This document shows, piece after piece, positions 19,510-30,019 of a stretch of DNA of 55,468 nt (its first letter is position 1; the number at the start of each line of letters is the position of its first letter). Origin of the DNA: Bacteroidaceae bacterium (GTDB lineage: Bacteria > Bacteroidota > Bacteroidia > Bacteroidales > Bacteroidaceae); contig JAZNKR010000181.1 of assembly GCA_045578665.1 (NCBI GenBank), positions 1 to 55,468 on the forward strand. The letters run 5' to 3'. The position numbers and the translations under genes were made by a program. The notes beneath the pieces are model-generated. The model was not told the DNA's origin and made no database searches. It saw only the letters and a program-made list of their open reading frames with translations.

Positions 19510-20748
19510 TTACAACTTTGCGGCTCCCTCAATAATCTTCACAATAGTCATCATAGCCTTCTCCATCACTTGGAGCGATACAAATTCGTAGCGGCTGTGG
19601 AAGTTGATTCCTCCTGCAAACATGTTGGGGCAGGGTAGTCCCATGAACGACAACTGCGCACCGTCGGTGCCGCCGCGTATGGGCTTGATCTGTGGTGTTA
19701 CTCCCGCCTCTTCCATAGCCTTGCGTGCAAGTTCTATGATGTGCATCATAGGCTCTACCTTTTCGCGCATGTTGGCATACTGGCGCTTCACTTCCACTGT
19801 TACAACACCTTCGCCATAGATGGCATTCATCTTGTCGGCAACCTCGTTCATGTAGGCAAGGCGCTTCTCGAATATCTGCTTGTCGTGGTCGCGTATGATG
19901 TACGACACTTCTGCCTGGTCGACACCGCCGTTGATGCTCATCAGGTGGTAGAATCCTTCGTAGCCCTCGGTCTGTTCGGGTGACTCTGCGGCGGGGATTG
20001 TCTCTACAATGGCTGTCGCCACACGCAGTGCGTTGAGCATCTTGCCCTTTGCATATCCGGGGTGTACGTTGCGTCCCTGTATGGTGAATAGAGCACTGCC
20101 GGCGTTGAAATTCTCAAATTCAAGCTCGCCCTCGGCTCCACCATCGACGGTGTATGCCCAATCGCATCCGAAGAGAGGTACGTTGAAGTTGTGTGCTCCG
20201 CGACCTATCTCCTCGTCGGGGTTGAAGGCAATTCTCACTTTGCCATGTTCAATTTCGGGGTGCGCCTGCAAATATGCCACAGCTGAAATAATTTCGGCAA
20301 TGCCGGCCTTGTCGTCGGCACCCAGCAGTGTGTGTCCGTCTGTTACTATAAGGTCCTGCCCCTTGTATGCAGCAACTTCGGGGAAATCCTTTACGGTGAG
20401 CACTATGCCATCCTTTTCGCACAGTGTGATGTCGCCGCCGTCGTATGAACTTACCACGCGGGGACTGACATCCTTACCACTCATGTCTGGGCTGGTGTCG
20501 AGGTGCGAGATGAATCCTATTACGGGTATCTCCTTGTCGCAGTTGGCGGGCAGTGTGGCGTAAAGGTAGCCCTTGTCGTCGAGGGTTATTTCGGTGAGCC
20601 CCATTGCGCTGAGCTCGCTCTCCAAGTAGCGGGCAAAAGTGAATTGTCCTTCGCTTGTGGGCACTGTGGTGTTGTCGTCTACAGACTCTGTGTCGAATGT
20701 TACATATTTGAGGAATCGCTGTAACATGCTGTTTGTAATCTCTTTCAT
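19510..20748 (-). CDS. pepT: Peptidase T (tripeptide aminopeptidase, M20B)
   Basis: 412 aa. Motifs [22 protein letters not shown] and [10 protein letters not shown]. Confidence 0.92.
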   Translation of the reverse strand: MKEITNSMLQRFLKYVTFDTESVDDNTTVPTSEGQFTFARYLESELSAMGLTEITLDDKGYLYATLPANCDKEIPVIGFISHLDTSPDMSGKDVSPRVVSSYDGGDITLCEKDGIVLTVKDFPEVAAYKGQDLIVTDGHTLLGADDKAGIAEIISAVAYLQAHPEIEHGKVRIAFNPDEEIGRGAHNFNVPLFGCDWAYTVDGGAEGELEFENFNAGSALFTIQGRNVHPGYAKGKMLNALRVATAIVETIPAAESPEQTEGYEGFYHLMSINGGVDQAEVSYIIRDHDKQIFEKRLAYMNEVADKMNAIYGEGVVTVEVKRQYANMREKVEPMMHIIELARKAMEEAGVTPQIKPIRGGTDGAQLSFMGLPCPNMFAGGINFHSRYEFVSLQVMEKAMMTIVKIIEGAAKL

Positions 20749-20955
20749 TGTATGGTCGTTTTTGTTTGTAGCTTATGGTTACGGCTTATAAAGTTACTCC
20801 TTATGTTTGGAATGGGCAAATATTTAGGTTGTTATTTTGCCAAAGGAGAGTCATGTAACTTCATTGACAGACAATATTTCATTTTCTCTGTTTCAGGATT
20901 CATCCAATCTTTTAATCTTTTACAAAAGTCGTTTGCCTTTTTGCGTCCTTTGTTA

Positions 20956-20963
20956 TAAATTTG
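20956..20963 (+). promoter_or_regulatory. Candidate -7 box (TAAATTTG) for the nitroreductase gene
   Basis: Lies 24 nt upstream of the ATG at 20987. This supports the internal start over the 20837 start in the ORF track. Confidence 0.5.
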
Positions 20964-20986
20964 CGTTTTCGAAACTTTTGCACAGT

Positions 20987-21523
20987 ATGGATAATTTTCT
21001 TGAATTATTGAAACATAGACGCAGCTGCCGTCTTTTTACACCGCAGCCGGTGGAGGAAGATAAGGTCTGCGAATTGATGAAGGCGGCACTTATGGCGCCT
21101 TCGGGACACCGCATAAATCCCTGGGAGTTTATAATGGTTGACGACAAAGAGATGCTCCGTCAGCTGTCGATATGTAAGGCACAGGGTGCCGCTCTGCTCG
21201 AGGGTGCTGCCATGGCAGTGGTTGTCATAGGCGATACTGCCAAGACCGATGTCTGGGTGGAGGATTGCTCTATAGCGACGATACTCATTCAGCTGGCAGC
21301 CGAGGAACTGGGGCTCGGAAGCTGTTGGGTGCAGGTGCGCAAGCGCTTCGATGCCGATAGTGTCCCCGCTGACGAGAATGTTAAACGATTGCTCTCTATC
21401 CCCGACAACTATGCGGTGCTGTCGATTGTGGCTGTCGGCTACAAGGCACGCGAGAGCAAGCCTTTCGATGAGGAGAGGATGCAGTGGGAGAAGATACATA
21501 TAGGCAGTTTCGGTGGAAAATAG
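20987..21523 (+). CDS. Nitroreductase-family protein
   Basis: 178 aa from the internal Met (MDNFLELLKHRRSCRLF...). Typical nitroreductase N-terminus. The 50-codon upstream extension in the ORF track crosses the promoter region. Confidence 0.8.
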   Translation: MDNFLELLKHRRSCRLFTPQPVEEDKVCELMKAALMAPSGHRINPWEFIMVDDKEMLRQLSICKAQGAALLEGAAMAVVVIGDTAKTDVWVEDCSIATILIQLAAEELGLGSCWVQVRKRFDADSVPADENVKRLLSIPDNYAVLSIVAVGYKARESKPFDEERMQWEKIHIGSFGGK

Positions 21524-22307
21524 TCGCATAGTCTTGGTTGGCGCCGGCAATCTTGCCACCTGTCTGGGTGTTGCACTGAAGAGTGCCGGACTGTGCCCCG
21601 AAGCAGTATGGAGCAGAAGTGAAAGGTCGGCACATGCCCTTGCAACGAGATTGGGGTGCGCGGCAACAGCCGATATGGACTCCTTGCCCGATGCCGGTAT
21701 TGTGGTAACAGCAGTCAGCGACGATGCGCTTCCCGAAGTGGCAAAGCGTGTGGCGGCGAGGTACCCCGACAGTATTGTCGTACATACGGCAGGCAGTGTC
21801 TCCATTGATGTCTGGAAGGGGACACATGCCCGGAGATTTGGTGTCTTCTACCCCATGCAGACTTTCAGCAAGGGCAAGGATGTCAATTTCTCCAAAGTGG
21901 GTATCTTTGTGGAGGGGAACAGCGAAGAGGTGTGCCGACAGTTGGAGCTTTTGGCAAGGCGACTGTCGCCATTGGTCTATCGCATCACAGGCGAGCAACG
22001 TGCCTATCTGCACATTGCGGCAGTCTTTGCCTGCAATTTCACAAATGCAATGTGCTCCATTGCTGCCGAACTGCTTGAGAAACAGGGACTGCCGTTCGAG
22101 ATAATGCTCCCGTTGATAGACGAGACGGCGGCAAAACTCCATTTGCTCCAGCCCCGCGAAGCACAGACCGGACCCGCGCACAGACGCGATGCGACAATCA
22201 TCGGAAGACAGAGCAATATGCTCGCTGACGATAAAAAGGAGATATACGACCTTGTAACACGATATATCGTGAACAAGGCTTGCAAGAATATGGACAGTGA
22301 AAAATAG
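21513..22307 (+). CDS. Rossmann-fold oxidoreductase-like protein (DUF2520-type C-terminus)
   Basis: 264 aa with a GTG start overlapping the previous gene. N-terminal IVLVGAGNLA dinucleotide fold. Confidence 0.65.
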   Translation: MENSRIVLVGAGNLATCLGVALKSAGLCPEAVWSRSERSAHALATRLGCAATADMDSLPDAGIVVTAVSDDALPEVAKRVAARYPDSIVVHTAGSVSIDVWKGTHARRFGVFYPMQTFSKGKDVNFSKVGIFVEGNSEEVCRQLELLARRLSPLVYRITGEQRAYLHIAAVFACNFTNAMCSIAAELLEKQGLPFEIMLPLIDETAAKLHLLQPREAQTGPAHRRDATIIGRQSNMLADDKKEIYDLVTRYIVNKACKNMDSEK

Positions 22308-22313
22308 AGAATA

Positions 22314-22832
22314 ATGATAAACTACGACTTGACAAAAATAAAGGCATTGGTCTTTGATGTGGACGGTGTCTTGAGCAAGGAGACAATACCCATGCACCCG
22401 AGCGGCGAACCTATGCGCACAGTGAACATAAAGGATGGTTATGCTCTGCAGCTTGCAGTGAAGGCGGGCTACCATGTGGCGATAATCACCGGTGCGAAGA
22501 CCGAGGCGGTCAAACTGCGCTACCGTGGACTGGGTATCACCGATGTATATATAGGCGCATCGGTGAAGAAGGATATTTTTGAGGATTTCATGTATATGTA
22601 CGAACTCTCTCCCGAAGAGGTCATGTATATGGGCGACGACATCCCCGACTACGAGGTGATGCAGATGTGCGGTCTTCCCTGTTGTCCTGCCGATGCTGCA
22701 ACAGACATCAAGCAGATAGCAAAGTATATCTCTCCCGTAAAAGGAGGCGAGGGCTGTGGCAGAGAGGTCATAGAGCAGATAATGCGTGCCCAGGACAAAT
22801 GGATGGATGAGTCAAACGCATTCGGATGGTAA
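22314..22832 (+). CDS. kdsC: KDO 8-phosphate phosphatase (HAD-IIIA)
   Basis: 172 aa. HAD motif I FDVDGVL, motif [13 protein letters not shown], and a KdsC-like length. Confidence 0.8.
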   Translation: MINYDLTKIKALVFDVDGVLSKETIPMHPSGEPMRTVNIKDGYALQLAVKAGYHVAIITGAKTEAVKLRYRGLGITDVYIGASVKKDIFEDFMYMYELSPEEVMYMGDDIPDYEVMQMCGLPCCPADAATDIKQIAKYISPVKGGEGCGREVIEQIMRAQDKWMDESNAFGW

Positions 22833-22851
22833 ATAAACGTAAACAGGCAAT

Positions 22852-23442
22852 ATGCTCGACAATCTAAAGAACTATAAGATAATACTTGCATCGGCATCAC
22901 CGCGTCGCCGCGAACTTATGGGCGGGTTGGATGTTGTATTCGATGTGCGCACACTTCCCGATGTCGACGAGAGTTTTCCCGAAACATTGCAGGGTGGAGA
23001 GATTCCTCTCTACATCTCGCAAAAGAAGGCGGAGGCTTACCGTGCCGTTATGGCTGCCGATGAACTTGTGATAACAGCCGACACAATAGTGTGGCTCGAC
23101 GGCAAGGCTCTTGGCAAACCTGCCGATGCAGGGGAGGCACGCAGGATGCTGCACAGCCTCTCGGGAAATACCCATAATGTATATACGGGTGTAACGGTAA
23201 TGACGGCAACGGCAAGCGTGAGCTTCACTGCCTGCTCAAATGTAACATTTGCTCCCCTCGACGACGAGGAGATAGAATATTATATAGAAAAGTACAGACC
23301 AATGGACAAGGCTGGTTCATACGGTGTGCAGGAGTGGATAGGCTACATAGGAATAGAGAATATCGAAGGCTCCTACTTCAATGTGATGGGACTGCCCGTA
23401 CAACGGCTGTATAATGAACTGAAAAAGATTCCTGCATTATGA
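22852..23442 (+). CDS. maf: Maf-family nucleoside-triphosphate pyrophosphatase
   Basis: 196 aa. Motifs ILASASPRRRELM, ITADTIV and DKAGSYGVQE. Confidence 0.88.
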   Translation: MLDNLKNYKIILASASPRRRELMGGLDVVFDVRTLPDVDESFPETLQGGEIPLYISQKKAEAYRAVMAADELVITADTIVWLDGKALGKPADAGEARRMLHSLSGNTHNVYTGVTVMTATASVSFTACSNVTFAPLDDEEIEYYIEKYRPMDKAGSYGVQEWIGYIGIENIEGSYFNVMGLPVQRLYNELKKIPAL

Positions 23443-24371
23443 AGAATAAGATAGCAGATGCAATAACCGACCTCATAGGCAACACTCCGTTGCTGAGGTT
23501 GAACAACTTTTCGCAGAGAGAGGGGCTTGCCGTAGCTCCGCTTGCAAAATTGGAGTATTTCAATCCCGCAGGCAGTGTGAAGGACAGGGCTGCGCTCTAC
23601 ATGATTCTCGATGCCGAAGAGCGTGGCATATTGAAGCCCGGTGCAACAATCATAGAGCCTACCAGCGGAAATACCGGGGTGGGGCTTGCCTTCATCTGCA
23701 CCACACGCGGATATAGACTCATACTTACAATGCCCGACACCATGAGCCGCGAACGCATGAGCCTGCTCAAGGCATACGGTGCGAACCTGGTGCTTACGCC
23801 GGGGAAGGATGGCATGGCGGGCTCCATAGCAAAGGCTCAGGAACTTTGCGAATCGATAGAGGGGGCGGTAATCCTTCAACAATTCGAGAACAGTGCCAAC
23901 CCTCAATCGCACTATTGTACGACTGCCGAGGAGATATGGCGCGATACCGACGGCAAGATTGATGCCTTTGTGGCATGTGTAGGTACCGGCGGAACAATAA
24001 GCGGAACGGCACGCCGTCTGAAGGAACTCAACCCTGCTATACGGGTGATAGGTGTGGAGCCTGCATCCTCTCCTGTGCTCAACGGCGGAGAGAAAGGCGC
24101 CCACAAGATACAGGGCATAGGCGCAGGCTTTGTTCCTGCTATATACGATGCAACAGTGGTCGACGAGGTTTTATGTGTAACCGACGAAGAGGCTATGACT
24201 GCCGCACGCACACTTGCCGCTACTGAGGGCGTGTTGACTGGATTCTCTTCGGGAGCGGCATTGCATGCAGCCACCGAACTTGTCCGTCGTGGAGGTTACG
24301 AAGCCAAGAATGTGGTAGTTCTGTTGCCCGATGGCGGCGAACGCTACCTCTCTACAGAACTGTTTGCATAA
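23439..24371 (+). CDS. cysK: Cysteine synthase A (O-acetylserine sulfhydrylase)
   Basis: 310 aa. PLP-lysine motif NPAGSVKDR plus TSGNTG and GTGGTISG. Confidence 0.92.
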   Translation: MKNKIADAITDLIGNTPLLRLNNFSQREGLAVAPLAKLEYFNPAGSVKDRAALYMILDAEERGILKPGATIIEPTSGNTGVGLAFICTTRGYRLILTMPDTMSRERMSLLKAYGANLVLTPGKDGMAGSIAKAQELCESIEGAVILQQFENSANPQSHYCTTAEEIWRDTDGKIDAFVACVGTGGTISGTARRLKELNPAIRVIGVEPASSPVLNGGEKGAHKIQGIGAGFVPAIYDATVVDEVLCVTDEEAMTAARTLAATEGVLTGFSSGAALHAATELVRRGGYEAKNVVVLLPDGGERYLSTELFA

Positions 24372-24384
24372 GCAAAATAAAACA

Positions 24385-25275
24385 ATGATTATGAAAAAGA
24401 AAAATATAACAGATATATTGCCGGCAACGGTGAAGGCATTGACCGAGTGCAACCTTGACAAGGTGCTTGCCGAGTGCCAGCACGATGGCGAGCCTATGCC
24501 CTCGGGACGCGTGCTCTCCGATGTGGTGGAGCTTGTACGCTCGATTGTATTCCCAGGATTCTTCGGCGAGGCTTATAAGGACGACAGCACTCTCGAATAC
24601 AGGACCGGTCTTAATGTGGCAAAAGTGTACGATCTGCTGTGCGAACAGATTCATGCGGGATTGTGCTTTGCCAATGTAGATGGCAAGAAGGAGCGCCGTA
24701 AAATGGCAAAAGCCATGGCTGTGGAGTTTGTGGAGTCTCTTCCCGAACTGCGCCGTTCGTTGCTCATGGATGTGGTTGCAATGTACGACGGCGACCCTGC
24801 CGCAAAGAGCTATGGCGAAATAATCAGTTGCTATCCTGCCATAAAGGCTATAGGCAACTACCGTATGGCGCACAGACTGATAGAGATAGGTGTTCCGCTT
24901 ATCCCCCGCATAATATCGGAACTTGCCCACAGCGAGACGGGTATCGATATTCATCCCGGTGCAACCATAGGAAGCTATTTTGCAATTGACCACGGAACGG
25001 GTGTCGTTATCGGAGAGACCTGTATCATCGGCAATCATGTGAAGCTCTACCAAGGAGTTACTTTGGGTGCAAAGAGCTTCCCCGTCGACGAGAATGGTAT
25101 TCCTATCAAAGGAATTCCCCGTCATCCTATTCTCGAGGACAATGTTATCGTGTATGGAAATTCAACCATTCTCGGTCGCGTAACGATAGGAAAGGATGCT
25201 GTGATAGGTGCCAACATCTGGCTTATGGAAGATGTACCTCCCGGAACAAAAGTCGTGCAGAAGAAAAACATATGA
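24385..25275 (+). CDS. cysE: Serine O-acetyltransferase
   Basis: Internal start MIMKKKN placed after the cysK stop. SATase N-domain and left-handed beta-helix hexapeptide repeats (GIDIHPGATIGSYFAIDHGTGVVIGETCIIG). Confidence 0.85.
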   Translation: MIMKKKNITDILPATVKALTECNLDKVLAECQHDGEPMPSGRVLSDVVELVRSIVFPGFFGEAYKDDSTLEYRTGLNVAKVYDLLCEQIHAGLCFANVDGKKERRKMAKAMAVEFVESLPELRRSLLMDVVAMYDGDPAAKSYGEIISCYPAIKAIGNYRMAHRLIEIGVPLIPRIISELAHSETGIDIHPGATIGSYFAIDHGTGVVIGETCIIGNHVKLYQGVTLGAKSFPVDENGIPIKGIPRHPILEDNVIVYGNSTILGRVTIGKDAVIGANIWLMEDVPPGTKVVQKKNI

Positions 25276-25322
25276 TTTGACATAAAAAAATCTCGGCAGA
25301 TGCCGAGATTTTTTTATGTCAA
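25276..25322. terminator. ~48-nt perfect palindrome, likely a bidirectional terminator
   Basis: tttgacataaaaaaatctcggca-ga-tgccgagatttttttatgtcaaa. GC core stem flanked by an A7 run and a T7 run. Starts at the cysE stop. Confidence 0.7.
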
Positions 25323-25528
25323 ATTCAGTAACCTTTATGGGATGTTCTATGAATTAGGTCGCGACGATTTTGAGTTTTATTTTTAGTAGATTATTGATAT
25401 TTGGTAAGGGCTCAATGCGAGCATCGCAACAGAGCGAATATCAAAAAGATGCAAAAATAAAGCCAAAAGCGCCCGAAACAGAATCCACCATACAAAGAAC
25501 ACTAAATTACTAATTTATAGAACCTCAC

Positions 25529-26239
25529 TTATTTCAATGTACCGTTGTTGGCAGAGTTGATCATCGCCTCACTTGCATACATGTAAACCTCAACTCTTCG
25601 GTTCTGGCTGCGTCCGGCAGCTGTCGAGTTGTCGGCAACAGGCTCTTTTGAACCTTTACCCTCAACGCTTTTTATCTGGTTGGCTGATACACCAAGAGAT
25701 TTGAGATAGTTGGCAACCGAATTTGCACGGTTTACAGAGAGGGGGTCGTTGATGGCATCGCTGCCGGTAGAGTCGGTGTGTCCGTAAATTGCAACGTCGG
25801 CATCGCTATACTCCTTCAGAATCTTTGCAAACTCGCTGAGGTTGCTCTTTGCATTGCTGTTGAGGTCGTATTTGTTTGTAGCGAAGAGAACACCTGAATC
25901 GAATGTAACCTTTACTGCTGTGAGGTTGTTTGCATCGGTGATGGTCTCTACTGTTGCATTCTCAACCTGCTTTGCGGCATCGGCTGCCTTGTCCATTCTC
26001 TTGCCGATGATGGCACCTGTGCCCGCACCTACTGTAGCACCGATTGCAGCACCGATTGCGGCACCTTTACCCTTGTCGCTTCTTCCGCTTACCAATGAAC
26101 CTACAATAGCACCGAGGGCTGCACCGCCGCCACCGCCGATGAGACCGCCTTTGGCTGTATTGTTCATGCTCTGGCAACCGCTGAGTACAAAGAGTGCACA
26201 AAGTGCAACACTGAATAACTTGAATAATCTTACTTTCAT
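25529..26239 (-). CDS. OmpA-family lipoprotein with an N-terminal glycine-zipper region
   Basis: 236 aa. Lipobox LSGC, Gly-rich zipper (GGLIGGGGGAALGAIVGSL) and an OmpA_C motif (IYGHTDSTGSDAINDPLSVNRANSVANYL...NRRVEV). Confidence 0.85.
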   Translation of the reverse strand: MKVRLFKLFSVALCALFVLSGCQSMNNTAKGGLIGGGGGAALGAIVGSLVSGRSDKGKGAAIGAAIGATVGAGTGAIIGKRMDKAADAAKQVENATVETITDANNLTAVKVTFDSGVLFATNKYDLNSNAKSNLSEFAKILKEYSDADVAIYGHTDSTGSDAINDPLSVNRANSVANYLKSLGVSANQIKSVEGKGSKEPVADNSTAAGRSQNRRVEVYMYASEAMINSANNGTLK

Positions 26240-26311
26240 AATTGTTTAGCTTTTATAGTTATAAATTGTTATTTCTGTGGTGAAAGCCCGCTTCCGGGCA
26301 TCTCGCAACTG

Positions 26312-26319
26312 CAAAGATA
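26312..26319 (-). promoter_or_regulatory. Candidate -7 box (TATCTTTG) for the ompA-family gene
   Basis: CAAAGATA on the plus strand, ~73 nt upstream of the start at 26239. Confidence 0.45.
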
Positions 26320-26383
26320 GTGTAATTTGGATATAAAGCGAACAATCGTCCGCTGTTTTTTTCGTAAATTCAACGTTTCTGCG

Positions 26384-26391
26384 TAAATTTG
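26384..26391 (+). promoter_or_regulatory. Candidate -7 box (TAAATTTG) for proS
   Basis: 44 nt upstream of the proS ATG. Confidence 0.5.
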
Positions 26392-26434
26392 CAGTTCGTA
26401 AATAATGCAGAATAATATATAGCTATAATAAACT

Positions 26435-27913
26435 ATGGCAGAACTTAAAGATTTGACAAAGAGAAGTGAGAATTACTCACAATGGTATAACGAACTGGTA
26501 GTTAAAGCCGACCTCGCCGAGCAGTCGGCGGTGCGCGGTTGTATGGTCATCAAACCCTATGGCTATGCAATCTGGGAGAAGATGCAGCGTATCCTCGATG
26601 ATATGTTCAAGGCAACGGGGCACTCGAATGCATACTTCCCCTTGCTCATCCCCAAATCATATCTCAGCCGCGAGGCAGACCATGTGGAGGGATTTGCAAA
26701 GGAGTGCGCTGTGGTAACCCATTATCGTCTGAAAAACTCGACAGACGGCAAGGGTGTCGTTGTTGACCCTGCTGCGAAACTCGAGGAAGAGATGATTATC
26801 CGCCCCACATCGGAGACTATTATCTGGAGTACATACAAGAACTGGATACAGTCCTATCGCGACCTTCCCATCCTTTGCAACCAGTGGGCAAACGTGTTGC
26901 GCTGGGAGATGCGTACCCGCCTTTTCCTGCGTACCGCCGAATTCCTCTGGCAGGAGGGACACACCGCGCATGCCACACGCGAAGAGGCTGAGCAGGAGGC
27001 AAACACCATGCTCCACGTGTACAACGAATTTGCCAACAAACACATGGCTGTGCCTGTGGTGATGGGTGTAAAATCTGCCAACGAGCGTTTCGCAGGAGCT
27101 CTTGAGACCTACACAATCGAGGGATTGATGCAGGACGGCAAGGCTTTGCAGTGCGGAACATCGCACTTCCTCGGACAGAATTTCGCAAAGGCATTCGATG
27201 TTCAGTTCATAAACAAAGAGAACAAGCTCGAATATGTGTGGGCAACATCATGGGGCGTATCTACACGATTGATGGGAGCGCTCATCATGACACACTCCGA
27301 TGACAACGGTCTTGTACTTCCTCCCGCTCTTGCTCCCATTCAGGTGGTAATTGTTCCCATCTACAAGAATGCCGAGCAGCTTGCAGTTATAGACAGTAAG
27401 GTAAATGTACTTGTTGAGGAACTTAAGGCGTTGGGTATAAGTGTCAAGTATGACAATGCCGACAACCGTCGTCCCGGATTCAAGTTTGCCGATTACGAGC
27501 TCAAGGGTGTCCCCGTACGTCTTGTACTCGGTGCACGCGACATAGAGAACGGCACAATAGAGGTTATGCGTCGCGATACTCTCGAGAAGATTACACGCCC
27601 CATCGAAGGCATCACAGAATTTGTGAAGGCACTTCTCGACGAGATTCAGCTGAACATATATCACAAGGCTCTGAAGATGCGCGAAGAGAACACCCGTTCG
27701 GTAGACACATACGAGGAGTTCAAGGAGGAGATAGAGAAGGGTGGTTTCATCCTTGCCCATTGGGACGGTACTCCCGAGACTGAGGAGCTCATAAAGGCAG
27801 AGACAAAGGCTACTATACGTTGTATCCCCTTGTCGGGCGACAAGACCCCCGGTTTCTGCATGGTAACAGGCAAACCCTCTGCTCAGCGCGTACTCTTTGC
27901 AAGAGCATACTAA
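26435..27913 (+). CDS. proS: Prolyl-tRNA synthetase (archaeal/eukaryote-like type)
   Basis: 492 aa. Class II core, anticodon-binding domain and the C-terminal Zn-like extension ending ...FARAY. Confidence 0.95.
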   Translation: MAELKDLTKRSENYSQWYNELVVKADLAEQSAVRGCMVIKPYGYAIWEKMQRILDDMFKATGHSNAYFPLLIPKSYLSREADHVEGFAKECAVVTHYRLKNSTDGKGVVVDPAAKLEEEMIIRPTSETIIWSTYKNWIQSYRDLPILCNQWANVLRWEMRTRLFLRTAEFLWQEGHTAHATREEAEQEANTMLHVYNEFANKHMAVPVVMGVKSANERFAGALETYTIEGLMQDGKALQCGTSHFLGQNFAKAFDVQFINKENKLEYVWATSWGVSTRLMGALIMTHSDDNGLVLPPALAPIQVVIVPIYKNAEQLAVIDSKVNVLVEELKALGISVKYDNADNRRPGFKFADYELKGVPVRLVLGARDIENGTIEVMRRDTLEKITRPIEGITEFVKALLDEIQLNIYHKALKMREENTRSVDTYEEFKEEIEKGGFILAHWDGTPETEELIKAETKATIRCIPLSGDKTPGFCMVTGKPSAQRVLFARAY

Positions 27914-27970
27914 AGTCTACGTAGTGTATAACTGTGGGGATAGTTTCCTTGCAGGTATATTCAAACAAAA

Positions 27971-28017
27971 AAGATTCCCATTACTGATTGGTTCAGTATG
28001 GGAATCTTTCTGTTTTT
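27971..28017 (+). terminator. Rho-independent terminator after proS
   Basis: aagattccca...tgggaatctt stem followed by tctgtttttt. Confidence 0.65.
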
Positions 28018-28106
28018 TCAGAGTGACCTGAGGTAATTTGAGTTGATTTATTTACTATGGTTAAATAAAAACGATTGTTTTTGTTTGATGGTGATAAATA
28101 AATGCA

Positions 28107-28114
28107 TATCTTTG
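28107..28114 (+). promoter_or_regulatory. Candidate -7 box (TATCTTTG) for the AAA ATPase gene
   Basis: 29 nt upstream of the ATG at 28143. Confidence 0.5.
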
Positions 28115-28142
28115 CAACAGAATCGATATTAGAGTATCTTGT

Positions 28143-29417
28143 ATGAACAAAGATGTATTTAAGACTTTAATAGTTGAAGGACAGGAAGAATTGCAAGAAG
28201 TGGAGTTATATCAGCGCCCCTTTGAGTTTGAAGAGGAAGGACGCTATGTATTGGTGGGTATCAGGCAAGCGGGAAAGTCTTATTTGCTATATCAACGCGC
28301 CAAACAATTGATGTTGCAGGGACATGGCGTGAAAGATATGATATACATCAACTTTGACGACGAACGCCTGCTGGGCATGACTGCCGATGACTTTGACCTT
28401 ATCTTGCAAGCCTATAATAGCATGTATCCGGGCAAGCCTATCTTGTTCTTCGACGAGATACAGAACATAAGCGGATGGGAGCACTTTGCCCGCCGATTGG
28501 CTAACCAGAAATATAGAGTGTACATCACAGGCAGCAATGCCAAGATGTTGAGCCGCGATATTGCCACCACCTTAGGGGCACGATACTTTGACGAGAAGAT
28601 ATTCCCCTATTCGTTCCGCGAATATATGGAGGCTCAAGGCGTATCACTCGGCAAGGAGTGGATGTATGGCAAGCAAAGGAATACCGTGCAGCAGATGATG
28701 AACACCTATTTCCGTTGGGGTGGATTCCCCGAACTGCTCATGTATCGCAATAAGCGACATTGGCTCAATGGCTTGTATGAGAAAATAATATTGGGCGATG
28801 TGATACAGCGCAATGGTATCAAGAACGAACAAGCGCTGCGACTTGCCGTCAAACGACTGGCTGAGAATGTGAAGCAACCTACAGCCTACAACCGTTTGGC
28901 CAATATGGTGAAGAGCACCGGTGTGTCTACCAATACTGCCTCCATCATAGACTATATCAGATTGACCAAAGAGGCCTGCCTTATATTCTCTATCGACAAC
29001 TATGCTTCTAAATTTGTTGAGAAAGAGACCGTAAAGAAGCATTATTTTACCGACAATGGGTTGCTGAGTATATTCTTGACGAATCAAGACACTTCTCTGT
29101 TGGAGAACCTTTGTGCGATAGCTTTATATAAGAAATATGCGAGTGATGATGAACCTCGCCTATATTATTATAACAAGAATGTAGAGGTTGATTTCTATAT
29201 ACCCGAAGAAGAAATGGCTATACAAGCTTCATATACTCTCTGCGATGAGGAAACCCGAAAGCGCGAGGTGGGAGCACTCGTGGCGTTGCATAAGTTGCAC
29301 CAGCTTAAAAAAGCAGTAATTGTTACTTATGACGAAGAGGATACTTTAGTTATAAATGGCTTGAATATCGAGGTGGTTCCTATATGGAAGTGGCTGCTTG
29401 CTTCCGAGATGCGGTAG
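28143..29417 (+). CDS. AAA-family ATPase (AAA_14 plus DUF4143-type architecture)
   Basis: 424 aa. Walker A GIRQAGKS, Walker B ILFFDEIQ. The C-terminal half resembles the DUF4143-type domain common in Bacteroidales ATP-binding proteins. Confidence 0.75.
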   Translation: MNKDVFKTLIVEGQEELQEVELYQRPFEFEEEGRYVLVGIRQAGKSYLLYQRAKQLMLQGHGVKDMIYINFDDERLLGMTADDFDLILQAYNSMYPGKPILFFDEIQNISGWEHFARRLANQKYRVYITGSNAKMLSRDIATTLGARYFDEKIFPYSFREYMEAQGVSLGKEWMYGKQRNTVQQMMNTYFRWGGFPELLMYRNKRHWLNGLYEKIILGDVIQRNGIKNEQALRLAVKRLAENVKQPTAYNRLANMVKSTGVSTNTASIIDYIRLTKEACLIFSIDNYASKFVEKETVKKHYFTDNGLLSIFLTNQDTSLLENLCAIALYKKYASDDEPRLYYYNKNVEVDFYIPEEEMAIQASYTLCDEETRKREVGALVALHKLHQLKKAVIVTYDEEDTLVINGLNIEVVPIWKWLLASEMR

Positions 29418-29618
29418 CTTAGAATTTCAGTTCTTCGCCCAAATTCTCCAAGCGCTCTATGGAAAATAGTCGAGTAAGTCTATTAATGGTATATGCAGAA
29501 ACCGGGAATTGCCGTACGTGTGGGGTGAAAGACGCTTGTTTAGGTGAAAAATGGCAAAGAGAAATAAACCACAAAGCCTGTCTATCCCTTGTGTGGTTAG
29601 GCAGGCTTCTGTGGCTTT

Positions 29619-29862
29619 CCTGTCCATCCGCATTTATAATGCGGATGGATTGAGTATTAGCATTTGCAATGCGCTTACATCTGATAATCCAATTGAACCT
29701 GCATAAACGGAAACAGATTCGTATATTATTGATAATTTCAGTTCCCACAATATTGTTATGGGTATAATCAATCTTTTACAGAAAGCCTATTGTGTAAATA
29801 TCTTCTCGTTTAAGCGCATCACAGATGCTTATACTCAATCCTTCGCGTTACAAACGCGAAGG
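29619..29862. repeat. Structured dispersed repeat, copy 1 (147-nt core 29619-29765, extension shared with copy 2, terminal hairpin)
   Basis: Starts cctgtCCATCCGCATttataATGCGGATGG (10-bp stem hairpin at 29624-29648). The core ends ...gttatgggtat. The extension runs to gatgcttatactc (29836), followed by hairpin ccttcgcgt-tacaa-acgcgaagg (29840-29862). Confidence 0.85.
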
Positions 29863-30019
29863 GGCGGAGAAAGCATTGTCTCCAATGCTTGTAATTCCTT
29901 AATATTATTTTGTAGTTTCGTTACATATTAGTAATTTTGTGCATATATAAATTTATACTTTACAATTGTGAAAAGCCACTTTGTAAATCAAGAATAAGAT
30001 TAACCTATTTTTTTGTATT

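Noticed and set aside
20837-20986. N-terminal extensions in the ORF track: 20837 for the nitroreductase, 24331 for cysE, 37513 for the last ABC-2 permease, and possibly 47924 for TolC.
   Set aside because: The extensions overlap upstream genes or cross promoter boxes and encode non-conserved peptides. The internal Met codons give canonical N-termini or signal peptides.
29680-29720. A hammerhead-like CUGAUAA ... GAAAC pair inside the repeat core.
   Set aside because: The conserved core requires CUGANGA with G at position 8. All three copies have A at that position, and the flanking helices do not fit.
29419-29748. Minus-strand ORFs through the structured repeats (29419-29748 and 30885-31118) share the translation MGTEII.N.RI..RLC.FNWIIRCKRIANANTQ.IRIINADGQ.
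   Set aside because: The similarity simply reflects the repeated DNA. Differences between copies are mostly non-synonymous. The ORFs run out of the repeat into unrelated flanks, and copy 2 does not keep the frame. This does not support coding.
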